A DNA stretch of 64,000 nucleotides, from positions 911 to 64,910 of the forward strand of contig CAVVTK010000009.1 in NCBI GenBank assembly GCA_963751095.1. Reading direction: 5' to 3'. This DNA is from an uncultured Holophagaceae bacterium. GTDB lineage: Bacteria; Acidobacteriota; Holophagae; Holophagales; Holophagaceae. Position 1 is the first letter of the stretch. Each line of letters starts with the position of its first letter. This document shows, one piece after another, positions 50,810-60,622 of this stretch. The notes below the pieces were generated by a model. The model had not been told where the DNA came from, did not search any database, and saw nothing but the letters and a program-made list of their open reading frames with translations. Both the position numbers and the translations under genes were made by a program.

Positions 50810-52492
50810 TCAACGTTCCAGCAGCACCTTGGCGTGCTCCAGAGCCTCGGTGCGATCGGGCTGGCCGGACAGGAGCCGCGCCAGTTCCCGGGTGCGGACC
50901 TCCCCCGCCACCCAGCTGAGGGCGCTGCGCGTGCGGCCGCCCTCGGTCTCTTTGTGCAGGCAGCCGTGCCGATCCGCCCGGGCCGCCACCTGGGCCAGGT
51001 GGGTGACAGCCAGGACCTGGTGGGCACGACCCAGTTCTGCCACAGCCTGCCCCACGGCCAGGGCCGTCTCACCCCCGAGCCCCGCGTCCACTTCATCCAG
51101 CACCAGGGTGAGGCCGTCGCGAACGCCCGCCCCCAGGACCAGCCCAGCCCCCACCAGGGCCAGCATGAGGCGGCTCAGCTCACCGCCCGAGGCGATCTTG
51201 GCCAGGGGCCGGAAGCCTTCGCCGGGGTTGGGTTCGATCCAGATGGCCAGTGCCGAGAAGCCTGTGGCGGCCACCCGGACGGGCCGACCACTCTGCTCGA
51301 CGGGGCTGTTGGAGTCTTCGGCCAGGGCCAGACGCAGCTGGATCCGGGCCCCCTTCATCCCCAGGTGAACCAGGCGTTTCTGCACCTCGGCCTCCAGCTT
51401 GGGCAGGGTCGCCATGCGCTGGCCGTGCAGGGCGTCAGCCCCGCGACGGTAAGTCTCCACGACTCGCGCCAGGGCCGCTTCCAGTTCCTTGACGGGCGCG
51501 TCACCCGCCAGCAGGGAACGCTGCTCGGCCTTCAGGGTGAGCAGCCGCTCCGGGAGTTCCTCCGGTTCACAGCGGTGGCGGCGGGCCAGGCGTTCGTACT
51601 GCGCCAGCCGGGCCTCCATGGCCTCGATGCGATCCGCGCCCGCACCGGCCCAGCGAAGGGCCTGATCTTGGGCAAGGGCGAGCAGATCCTCCAGTTCCAG
51701 CACTGCGGAGCGCAGCCGGTCCTGCTCGGCCACGGCATCGGGCCAGTGGGCCACGGCCCGCATCAGGGCCTTGTGGGCCAGTTCGACCTTGGGCAAGCCC
51801 TCGTTCAGAGCCTCGGCCGCTTCGCGGAAAGCTCCCTCCAGATGCACCGCGTGGCGGAGGGGCTCGCGGTCCGCCTTGAGCTGGGCCCATTCCCCCGGCT
51901 TCGGGGCCAGCTTGTCGAGGTCGGCGAGGGCCTCGGCCAGCTGCTCCAGGCGCTGTTCCCGGTCCGCCTGGCTCCGGCGCCGGGCCTTGAGCGCCCCTTC
52001 CGCCTCCCGCACCGCCGCAGCTTCGACTTCCAGGCAGGGCTCGATGCCCAGCACCTCGTCGATCAGGGTCAGATGCCGATCCTCGCCCAGCAGGGATTGG
52101 TGGTCATGCTGGCTGGTGAGCCGCATCCAGAGACGCCCGGCCTCGCGCAGATCGGCCAGGGCGCAGCTGGCCCCGTTGATCCAGGCGCGGCTGCGACCCG
52201 ACCCGATCTCCCGGCGCAGCACCACGGGCTGTTCCTCGGGCAGGCCCCGGTCCTGCAGGAAGGCCCGCCAGGCCTCAAAGCGGCCCTCGACCACAGCCTC
52301 GACCGTGGCCCGTTCCGCGCCGTGGCGCACCAGCTCCGCATCGCCCCGGGCGCCCACCAGCAGCGAGAGCGCGTCCACCAGCAGCGACTTCCCCGCACCG
52401 GTCTCGCCCGTGAGCACCGTGAAGCCCGGCCCCCAGTCCAGGGACAGGTCTTCCACCAGGGCCAGGTTCTGGATGCGCAGGGAGGCAAGCAT
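50810..52492 (-). CDS. recN: DNA repair protein RecN
   Basis: LTGETGAGKS, KIASGGELSR, LDEVDAG and VTHLAQVAA motifs. Confidence 0.95.
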   Translation of the reverse strand: MLASLRIQNLALVEDLSLDWGPGFTVLTGETGAGKSLLVDALSLLVGARGDAELVRHGAERATVEAVVEGRFEAWRAFLQDRGLPEEQPVVLRREIGSGRSRAWINGASCALADLREAGRLWMRLTSQHDHQSLLGEDRHLTLIDEVLGIEPCLEVEAAAVREAEGALKARRRSQADREQRLEQLAEALADLDKLAPKPGEWAQLKADREPLRHAVHLEGAFREAAEALNEGLPKVELAHKALMRAVAHWPDAVAEQDRLRSAVLELEDLLALAQDQALRWAGAGADRIEAMEARLAQYERLARRHRCEPEELPERLLTLKAEQRSLLAGDAPVKELEAALARVVETYRRGADALHGQRMATLPKLEAEVQKRLVHLGMKGARIQLRLALAEDSNSPVEQSGRPVRVAATGFSALAIWIEPNPGEGFRPLAKIASGGELSRLMLALVGAGLVLGAGVRDGLTLVLDEVDAGLGGETALAVGQAVAELGRAHQVLAVTHLAQVAARADRHGCLHKETEGGRTRSALSWVAGEVRTRELARLLSGQPDRTEALEHAKVLLER

Positions 52493-52559
52493 GCGATCAG
52501 TCTAGCGGGGGCCGGGGCGCCCGGGCCTTGCATCCCCTCTGCTCATCGTCAGAGGAGGC

Positions 52560-53618
52560 TCACTCCAGATGCGATACAGGCTGATCCGGGTGCCACATGC
52601 GCCAATGAATCGCCAGCTGTCGGACCCGGGTCCGGCTAGCTGCGAGGTTGAGCTTTGGGTCCCCCAGGACCGGGTCATGGGTCAGCAGAAAGAGGAACCC
52701 GGGGGGCAGATGGTCCCTGTCACCGGGCAACTGCAGGCAGGTCCAGAGCAGTTCCAGATACTCCCGCTCTCGCTCAGGGGTCTGTGTGGCAAGATCCGGT
52801 TGCATTCTGCGGAAGTAGCGGAGCCGCTGATCCGGCGTCAGATCCGTGCGATGAAGGGCCGGTCCGAGGGCCCAGAGCTGACCCTCATCGGCACCCTGGA
52901 CCACCTGCCGCTTGAGCTTCTGTTCCTTCCAATACTCGTTGGGAGAGAGATCCCCCATCCCTGCCGCCGGGTTCACCCAAAGCCAGGGGTCAAAGGCCGA
53001 TCCCATCTGGACCGAGGCCAACACCAAGAGGGAGGGCACCACGACCAGGGCGAGGGTCCCTGGCGCCATCCGCGACACCCACCGTCGCCCGCCAGCCAGG
53101 AGGAGGAACGGAAAGACGAGGGCGAAGAGAATCGGGAAGCCGGGAAGAAAAATCGGGAAGAGTGCCCAAGCCAGGAGCCCGGAAAGCAGGCGCACCCGAC
53201 GCGACCAGGGCAGCGGCCGGAGGAGGAAGGGGGAAATCAGCAGGATCCCCACCATGGCACCAAGCAGCAGTCGCGCTCCATAGAGCAGGTAGAGCGGGAT
53301 GACACCCGATCCGAGAAGAGTGACCCAGGGGGCCGAGAAGGCCTGGAGAACTCCCATCTCCCTGGCAACTCCGAACCAGTGGCCAACGGCCAGGAGCAGC
53401 GCAAACAGGAGCCCCATGGCAAGGGAGATAACCAGTGGCGAGGCTAAACCCACCAAGACCCCCACTCCGGTACCCCAGAGCAGGGCGCCAATTGCGGAGC
53501 CACCCCCGCAGCTTCTTCGGTAGAGGTCATCCAGGTTCCGCTCCAGCAGTCCCGCCCTGCTTCGCGCGGAGTCACGGGGTGGCAACCCAGACCGTGGGGG
53601 CGGGATCGGGGCGTCCAT
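52560..53618 (-). CDS. multi-pass membrane hypothetical protein
   Basis: About 6 hydrophobic segments; atypical codon usage; start uncertain. Confidence 0.55.
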   Translation of the reverse strand: MDAPIPPPRSGLPPRDSARSRAGLLERNLDDLYRRSCGGGSAIGALLWGTGVGVLVGLASPLVISLAMGLLFALLLAVGHWFGVAREMGVLQAFSAPWVTLLGSGVIPLYLLYGARLLLGAMVGILLISPFLLRPLPWSRRVRLLSGLLAWALFPIFLPGFPILFALVFPFLLLAGGRRWVSRMAPGTLALVVVPSLLVLASVQMGSAFDPWLWVNPAAGMGDLSPNEYWKEQKLKRQVVQGADEGQLWALGPALHRTDLTPDQRLRYFRRMQPDLATQTPEREREYLELLWTCLQLPGDRDHLPPGFLFLLTHDPVLGDPKLNLAASRTRVRQLAIHWRMWHPDQPVSHLE

Positions 53619-53750
53619 CAGGGAAGGTTCATAGGGGGTAGGTCCAGTCCACTGCAAGCATCAGCGGAGACTGTATCGCGAAGTGAATGATCGAGGTGGT
53701 CTGGATCCGATGCTGGACAGCGCAGCAAGGGGGCCCCGTCGGCCTTCCAG

Positions 53751-54239
53751 CTACTTCCCGCGCTGGGTGATCAACCTGCGCATCGCCTCCATCTCCTGAT
53801 CCACGCCCGCGGCCTGGGCTGCGAAGCTGCGCTGCACCACCACGTCCGGTGTGACGCTGGTATCGGGTGTGGTGACGCCGTAGCGCGCCGCCAGGAGCGG
53901 GATGTCCACTGCCACCCCCGAATGGGGCAGCGTGACCCAGGTCAGCTGCCCGCCATTGAGTCCCCGCTGGTTACCGCCAGTGGCCTGGCCCACCAGGGTG
54001 GCAACACCACTGCGCTGGAGCAGGTCCGCCAGGACGAAGGTCGCTGAGCTGTTCTCGGGGCCCACCAGCGCATAGGTCTTGCCGGCATAGGGCTGCCCTG
54101 CGGGCTGGATGAAGCGCTGCGCGTAGGGGCGGGATTTGAGCTGGAACTTGCCTGCGGCGGTGCCTTCGGTAATGAGGACCAACCGGGCCTGCAATCCTTG
54201 ACTGACCCCCTGCTGCTTGACCTGTCCCCTGGTCTGCAC
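53751..54239 (-). pseudogene. C-terminal fragment of an S41-family peptidase
   Basis: YALVG..NSSA, LVGQATGG and VTPDV motifs; no N-terminal part upstream. Confidence 0.6.
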
Positions 54240-54368
54240 CTGAACCTCCTCGTCTGGACTTCCCTTGGATGCCGTTCAGGCCGGTTCGTTCGGGCCATCT
54301 CCAACCTGGGAGCGCCCTGGGAGACCCCGGGGTAGGGTCGCCGGTCATACTGGTTTCGGAGGATCCCC

Positions 54369-55367
54369 ATGCCCTACCGGAAGCCCTGCGCCAGCGTCCT
54401 GGAGGCCATCGGCAACACGCCGCTGGTCCGGTTGCGCCGCGTCGTCGAACACCTTCCGGTCGAAGTCTTCGCCAAGCTGGAGTTCCTGAACCCCATGGGC
54501 AGCAGCAAGGACCGGATCGCGAAATACATGATCGAGGCCGCGGAGCGTGACGGCCGGCTGAAGCCCGGCGACCTGATCATCGAGAACTCCTCGGGCAACA
54601 CGGCCATGGGCATGGCCCTCATGGCCATCCAGAAGGGCTACCGCCTGAAGGTGGTGGTGCGCGACACGATCTCCCAGGAGAAGCTGAACCAGCTGCTGGC
54701 CCTGGGCGTCGCGGTACAGAAGGCCGACACGAGCCTGCCTCCCGAACATCCCGAGAGCTACAACAACCTGGCCGTGAAGCTGGCCCGCGAAACGCCCGGC
54801 TGCTACTTCCCCGACCAGCACGGCAACCGCGAGAACAACGCCGCCCACTACCACGGCACGGGCCCCGAGATCTGGGAGCAGATGGAGGGCCGCATCGACT
54901 ATCTGGTGGCGGGGGCTGGCACCGGGGGCACCATCGGCGGAGCGGGACGCTACCTGAAGGAGAAGGATCCGAGGATCAAGGTGGTGGCCGTGGATCCCGT
55001 GGGATCGGTCTTCTCGCCCCACTTCCGGGGCGAGAAGGAGCCCAAGGCCGGACCCTACAAGATCGAGGGACTGGGGGACGAGTTCCTTATCCCCACCATG
55101 GAGTTCGAGGTCATCGACGACATGCTTCAGGTCACCGATGCCCAGGCCTTTCACCATGCCCGACGCCTGGTGCGCGAAGAGGGCGTGTTGGGCGGCGGCT
55201 CCAGCGGTGCGGCACTCTGGGCGGTGCGGGAGGTGGCGAAGCAGCTGCCGCCCATGGACCGCCCGGCGCGCATCGTCACCGTGTTCCCCGATGGGGCGGG
55301 CCGCTACCTCAGCAGCATCTTCAACGACGCCTGGCTGGCGGAACGCGGACTCCTGGAGACGGAATGA
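54369..55367 (+). CDS. PLP-dependent cysteine synthase/cystathionine beta-synthase family
   Basis: IGNTPLV, KLEFLNPMGSSKDR, SSGNT and GTGGT motifs. Confidence 0.93.
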   Translation: MPYRKPCASVLEAIGNTPLVRLRRVVEHLPVEVFAKLEFLNPMGSSKDRIAKYMIEAAERDGRLKPGDLIIENSSGNTAMGMALMAIQKGYRLKVVVRDTISQEKLNQLLALGVAVQKADTSLPPEHPESYNNLAVKLARETPGCYFPDQHGNRENNAAHYHGTGPEIWEQMEGRIDYLVAGAGTGGTIGGAGRYLKEKDPRIKVVAVDPVGSVFSPHFRGEKEPKAGPYKIEGLGDEFLIPTMEFEVIDDMLQVTDAQAFHHARRLVREEGVLGGGSSGAALWAVREVAKQLPPMDRPARIVTVFPDGAGRYLSSIFNDAWLAERGLLETE

Positions 55368-56326
55368 CGGCCTTCTCCGGCACCTACGTCGAGGCCGTCC
55401 GGCAGGCCCTCTTCGATGCCATGGGGGCTGATCCCCGTGTCTGCTGCCTGGGCGAGGACATCGGCGCCTACGGCGGCGCGTTCCGGGCCACGGAGGGCCT
55501 GTTGGCGCGCTTCGGCCCGGATCGGGTGATCGATACGCCCATCGCCGAACAGGCCATCGCCGGTTCCGCCATCGGGCTGGCCCTCATGGGCCAGCGGCCC
55601 GTGGCGGAGTTCCAGTTCATGGACTTCGCCCTGCTGGCCTCGGATCTCATGGTGAACTTCGCCGCCAAGGCCCACTGGCGCTGGGGCGCCACGGTGCCCG
55701 CGGTCTTCCGGGGTCCCTCCGGCGGGGGCAACGGCGGCGGCCCCTTCCACAGCCAGAACCCCGAAGGGCATTTCCTGGGCAGCCCCGGCCTGAAGGTCGT
55801 CGCGCCGGGCACGGTGCGCGATGCCTACGCCCTGCTGCGGGCGGCCATCGAGGACCCAGACCCCGTGATGGTCTTCGAGCACAAGCACCTCTACCGCAGG
55901 CTGAAGGATCAGTGGAAGGAGGCCCCCACGGCCCGGCTCGGCGAGGCGGCCCTGCGCAAAGATGGCGCCGCGGGCTGCATCATCACCTACGGCGCGGCCC
56001 AGCACGTGGCCCTGGCGGCCGTGGCCGACCTCGACGTGGCCGTGCTGGACCTGCGCACCCTCTGGCCCCTGGACGACGAGGCCATCGCGGCCCTGGCGCA
56101 GCGCACCCACCGGGTGCTGGTGCTCACTGAGGCCAGCCGCACCTACGGGCCCGGCGCGGAGCTGGCGGCCCGCATCGGCGAGACCTGCTTCCCCTGGCTC
56201 GATGCGCCCGTGCTGCGGGTGGGCGCCGCGGACACGCCCACGCCCGCCAGCCCGCCCCTGGAAGCCGCGGCCCTGCCCAGCGCTGAGCGGGTGCGCTCGG
56301 AGCTGGACCGCCTGCTGGCCTGGTGA
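55364..56326 (+). CDS. 2-oxoacid dehydrogenase E1 beta subunit
   Basis: GEDIG.YGG.F, DTPIAE, EFQFMDF, HSQ and DLRTL.PLD motifs. Confidence 0.93.
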   Translation: MTAFSGTYVEAVRQALFDAMGADPRVCCLGEDIGAYGGAFRATEGLLARFGPDRVIDTPIAEQAIAGSAIGLALMGQRPVAEFQFMDFALLASDLMVNFAAKAHWRWGATVPAVFRGPSGGGNGGGPFHSQNPEGHFLGSPGLKVVAPGTVRDAYALLRAAIEDPDPVMVFEHKHLYRRLKDQWKEAPTARLGEAALRKDGAAGCIITYGAAQHVALAAVADLDVAVLDLRTLWPLDDEAIAALAQRTHRVLVLTEASRTYGPGAELAARIGETCFPWLDAPVLRVGAADTPTPASPPLEAAALPSAERVRSELDRLLAW

Positions 56327-56329
56327 GGG

Positions 56330-57265
56330 ATGGCCCTGCGCACCCTGGTCCTGTTGCTGGCCTGCGCCATCCTGCCGGCGGCCCCGAAGGCCATCTGGGT
56401 GTGGGAGACGGAGACCCTGCGCCTCCTGGATGACCGGGCCTACGAGGCCCGGGTCGTGGGTCTGCTGCGCGACCACGGCTTCCGCACGCTGTTCCTGTAC
56501 GCCGACGACTACCGGGCCCGCAATTCCATCCTGAACGAGCGGGCGGCCTACCGGGGCCTCCTCACCCGCCTCCATGCGGCGGGCTTCCGGGTCGAGGCGC
56601 TGCTGGGTTCGTACCCCATGAAGACCTGGGAGTACGTGCTGCCCGAGCGCGACCAGGCGGCCCGCGCCATGATGCAACACATCCTGGACTACAACGCCGC
56701 CGCGGCGGCGCAGGAGCGCTTCGACGGCGTCCACCTGGACATCGAGCCCCATGCCCTGGATTCCTGGAGCGACGAGACACGAGCGCCCCTGTCGCGGATG
56801 TTCCTGGCCCGGTCCCGGGAATGGGTGGCCATGGCCCGCCAGGCGGGAAAGGACTTCCTCGTGGGCGCGGCGATCCCCTTCTGGTACGACGGGTTCACGG
56901 TGGCGTGGGAGGGCGTGACCAAGCCCCTGAACGCCCACCTGCAGGACCTCTACGACTACGTGGCGGTCATGGACTACCGGAACCGCGCGGAGGGACCCGA
57001 CGGGATCATCGCCCATGCCCGCGAGGAGATCGCCTATGGCACGGCGCAGGGGAAGTCTGTCCTCCTGGGGCTCGAGACCGGCGAGGCGCAGCCTCCGAAG
57101 GTGACCTTCCGGAACCGGGGCCCGGCCGCGCTGACCCGCGAGATGGCCGCCACCGAGCAGGCCTTCGCCCGGAAGCGGGCCTTCGGGGGCTTCGCCATCC
57201 ACCACCTGCGGACCTGGCTGGAGCTGCTCGAAACCCCGGCTCCCGCCCCCTCCGGGCGGCCCTGA
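56330..57265 (+). CDS. secreted glycoside-hydrolase-like TIM-barrel protein
   Basis: Signal peptide; WVW, FDGVHLDIEP (DxDxE-like), VMDY and GLET motifs. Confidence 0.65.
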   Translation: MALRTLVLLLACAILPAAPKAIWVWETETLRLLDDRAYEARVVGLLRDHGFRTLFLYADDYRARNSILNERAAYRGLLTRLHAAGFRVEALLGSYPMKTWEYVLPERDQAARAMMQHILDYNAAAAAQERFDGVHLDIEPHALDSWSDETRAPLSRMFLARSREWVAMARQAGKDFLVGAAIPFWYDGFTVAWEGVTKPLNAHLQDLYDYVAVMDYRNRAEGPDGIIAHAREEIAYGTAQGKSVLLGLETGEAQPPKVTFRNRGPAALTREMAATEQAFARKRAFGGFAIHHLRTWLELLETPAPAPSGRP

Positions 57266-57266
57266 C

Positions 57267-58133
57267 ATGCCTCCCCACCTTCGGCGCTTCGCCGCCGCCC
57301 TCCTCGTGCTGGCCGTCTGCGGTTGGGTGCTGAGCGAGGCGCCCACGCAGGATGGCGGGCTCCTGGCCGCCCGGGCTCTCCAGGAGACGGGTCGCGCCCT
57401 GGTGGAGGCCGGGCGCTACGCCGAGGCCCTGCCCCTGACCCGCGAGCTGCACGAGGCCTATCCCACCAACCACGTCTACCTCAGCCGCCTCGCCGACATC
57501 CACGAACACCTGGGCCGGTGGCCGGAGTGCGCCGCCGCCTGGGAGGCCTACCTGAAGGTCTCCCCCACGCCCTGGGAGGCCTTCCCGTAGCTGGGGGACG
57601 CCTACTTGAAGATGGGGCGGCCGCAGGCGGCCCTCGAGACCTTCGCCCGCTGGTCGGAGCTGGAGCCGGACAGCCCTGAGGCGGCCTACTTCCACGGCCG
57701 GGCCTTCGAGCGGCAGCAGGAGTTCCAGAAGGCCAGGAGCATCTATCGTCAGGGGCTCAGGCAGCATCCGAACAGCAGCGACCTACGCGTGGGACTGGCG
57801 CGCATGACCCTCTTCCTGGGCAGCACCGTCGAAGCCCGACGCCTGGCCGAGGAGGCCGTGAGGCGGGCCCCCGCCGCGGTGGACGCGCGACTGCTCCTGG
57901 GCATGGCGCTGCGCGCCGAGGGCAAGCTTGGCGCAGCCCGCCGTCAGCTCGAGGCGGCCCAGACCCTGAGCCCCGACTACCTGGATCTCCTCCAGGTGCT
58001 GGGGGCCGTGGCGGAGCAGCAGGACGACCTGCCCGCGGCCCGCGCCGCCTACGGCCGCGTTCTGCAGCTGCAACCCGGCCATGCGGCGGCCCGGGCGCGG
58101 CTCGCGGAGCTGTCAAAGGGAGAGAGGCCCTGA
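57267..58133 (+). pseudogene. TPR-repeat protein interrupted by an in-frame TAG at 57588-57590
   Basis: ORFs 57267-57590 and 57606-58133 share a frame; the TPR reads EAFP*LGDAYLKMG across the stop. Confidence 0.8.
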
Positions 58134-60622
58134 TGCGCCGCTCCTTGCGCCTGGCGGCCCGCGGGGCCCTCCTTCTGGTGATGGTCGCCTCCGCCACCGC
58201 CTGCCTGCTGGTGGACCTCCCCTTCACCTACCAGGCCGTGGTGCGGGCCGGTCTCCTGCCCTGGCTGCCTAGCGCCATGCGGCTCCAGCCCTGGGCCCTG
58301 CTCCTGGCCGTCGCGGCCAACGCCATGGTGGACCGGCGGTCCCCCGGTTCCTCCCTTGCGCCTTGGCGGGCCTGGTACGTGGGAGCCATGGCCCTCGGCG
58401 CCTTGGCGCTGATCCCCATCTCCGGCCTGAGCCACCTGGCGCCTGGATTCCCCGCCCGCCTGGGCACCCTGGCCTTCCTGGCGGCCGCCGGGACGCTGCT
58501 GGCCCTGGATCTGATCGAGGCCCGACTGGCGTGGCCCCAGCGCGAGCCCGGCTCGGACGATGCCCGCCGCCTCTTCGTGTCGACCCTCCTCACGGCGGCG
58601 CTGGTCACCCTGACCTTCTTCGCCATCGGCCTGGGCCGAGCCCTGGCCTCGGGAACCGCCATCCATCTCAGGGAGGTCGCCACCACGCTGGGATGGAGCT
58701 TCCTCGCCCATGGGCTGGTACTGTCCATGGCGGCGGTGGCGCTCCTGGGGCTCCAGGCCGCGGCGGGCTTCTTCCCGCGGGTTCGCGCGGCGGAGTTCCT
58801 GCTCACCCTGCTGGCCCTCGCCGCCTCCTTCGCCGGCATCCTCCTGGTGGTCGTCTTCCCCGGCATCGCCTTCGCCGGGCCCTTCTCCTGGGCCGTGGCC
58901 CTGCTGCTGGGGTTCTGCGTGGCGGCCCTGCTGGCCCAGATGGGACTCGGGGAGCGCCCCGTGGGCAGCGCCCTGGCGGCCTTCCTCCGCCCCCTCCACC
59001 CGGTCCGGGTGAGCCACTGGAGCGTGGCGGCGGGCCTGCTCCTGGCCCTGGGCGTGGCCCTCCTGTTCGGGCTGAAGATCGCGCGCTTCGACTGGAACCA
59101 GCTCTTCCAGCAGCTGGGCGCGATCCTGACGGCCGTCCTGGTCTTCACGCCCATCTACCTGAGCCAGTCCGCCACCGCCGGGCCCCACTCCTGGTCACCC
59201 CGGCTCTTCGCGGCGCCGCTGGTGCTGCTGGCCCTGTTCCGGCTGTGGGGCACGCCCCTGCCGCAGCCTTCAAAGAGCTGGCTAGCGCGGCCGGCGGCGA
59301 GCGCCGTGGCGGCGCACACGGGCTTCGATGCCTCCGCCCTCCTGGTGGCCAACCTGTTGCGGCCCTCCGCCGGCAACGAGGAGTCCATCTATCGGATCCT
59401 TTTGGCCAACAGCAACATCCCCCACGCGGTGAAGGTCGACGCGAAGGACCTGCGCTTCGCCGATCCCCTGACCCCCTCGACCGTGGACCGGCCCGACATT
59501 TACATCTTCGTGGTGGACAGCCTGCGCCAGGACTACCTGGGGGCCTACAACCCGCGGGTGACCTTCACGCCGAACCTCGACCGCTTCGCGGCCGAGAGCA
59601 CCGTGATTCCCAGGGCCTTCACCCGCTACGGCGCCACAGGTCTCTCCGAGCCTTCCATCTGGGTCGGGGGCATGCTCCTGCACAAACAGTACATCGTCCC
59701 CTTCCACCCCCTGAACGCGCTCCAGAAGCTGGTGGAGGCCGACGGTTACCGGCCGTACCTGTCCATGGATTCCATCCTCGACGTGGTGGTGAAGCCCACG
59801 CCGGACCTCGTCAGGCTGGATGCGGGCATCGGCACCGGGGACCTCCGCCTGGGCGCGACCCTGAAGGACCTCCAGGGGAAGCTGGACCAGGCCCCCAAGA
59901 ATCGTCCCGTCTTCATCTACACCCAGCCCCAGGACCTCCACATCTCTTCCATCAGCCGCGAGGGCAAGGACATCCCGCGTGGTGAAGATTACCCGGGCTT
60001 CTACGCGCCCTACGCCAGCCGCCTGCGCCGCCTGGATGCGGAGTTCGGGGCCTTCATCCAGTACCTGAAGGACCGGGGCCGCTTCGACCGCAGCCTCATC
60101 ATCTTCACGGCGGACCACGGGGATTCGCTTGGAGAGGAAGGGCGCTTCGGCCACGCCTACACCCTGTTCCCCGAGATCATGAAGGTGCCCCTGCTCCTCC
60201 ATGTGCCGGAAAAGCTCCGCGCGGGGCTGGTCATGGATCCGAAACAGGCGGCCTTCCTCACGGACATCACACCGACGCTCTACTACCTGCTGGGCCACCG
60301 CCCCCTGGCCGCGGATCCCGTCCTGGGGCGCCCCCTCTGGACCCAGACGCAGGCCGAGCAGGACCGCGCCCGCCGGGACCACCACCTCATCGCCTCCAGC
60401 TACGGCGCCGTCTGGGGCATCCTCAGCGGCGACGGGAAGACCCTCTATGTCTCTGATGGCGTGAACTTCGCCGACCACTGCTTCGGCCTCGGCTCCGATC
60501 CGAAGGGAACCCGGATCCCCGTCACACCTGAGTTGAAGCAGCGCTACGACCGGTTGATCCTTCAGGAGATCGACCACCTCAACGCCTTCTACGCATTCAC
60601 TCCCGGAAAAGGATCCCCATGA
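58133..60622 (+). CDS. multi-TM membrane protein with alkaline-phosphatase/sulfatase-like (LtaS-like) domain
   Basis: About 11 TM segments; IFVVDSLRQD, TPNLDRFA, FTADHG..LGE.G..GH and VPLLL motifs. Confidence 0.85.
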   Translation: MRRSLRLAARGALLLVMVASATACLLVDLPFTYQAVVRAGLLPWLPSAMRLQPWALLLAVAANAMVDRRSPGSSLAPWRAWYVGAMALGALALIPISGLSHLAPGFPARLGTLAFLAAAGTLLALDLIEARLAWPQREPGSDDARRLFVSTLLTAALVTLTFFAIGLGRALASGTAIHLREVATTLGWSFLAHGLVLSMAAVALLGLQAAAGFFPRVRAAEFLLTLLALAASFAGILLVVVFPGIAFAGPFSWAVALLLGFCVAALLAQMGLGERPVGSALAAFLRPLHPVRVSHWSVAAGLLLALGVALLFGLKIARFDWNQLFQQLGAILTAVLVFTPIYLSQSATAGPHSWSPRLFAAPLVLLALFRLWGTPLPQPSKSWLARPAASAVAAHTGFDASALLVANLLRPSAGNEESIYRILLANSNIPHAVKVDAKDLRFADPLTPSTVDRPDIYIFVVDSLRQDYLGAYNPRVTFTPNLDRFAAESTVIPRAFTRYGATGLSEPSIWVGGMLLHKQYIVPFHPLNALQKLVEADGYRPYLSMDSILDVVVKPTPDLVRLDAGIGTGDLRLGATLKDLQGKLDQAPKNRPVFIYTQPQDLHISSISREGKDIPRGEDYPGFYAPYASRLRRLDAEFGAFIQYLKDRGRFDRSLIIFTADHGDSLGEEGRFGHAYTLFPEIMKVPLLLHVPEKLRAGLVMDPKQAAFLTDITPTLYYLLGHRPLAADPVLGRPLWTQTQAEQDRARRDHHLIASSYGAVWGILSGDGKTLYVSDGVNFADHCFGLGSDPKGTRIPVTPELKQRYDRLILQEIDHLNAFYAFTPGKGSP

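Noticed and set aside
57588-57590. Genome-wide amber recoding
   Set aside because: TAG is the normal stop for murA, atpA, atpD, purC, engB and der in this window
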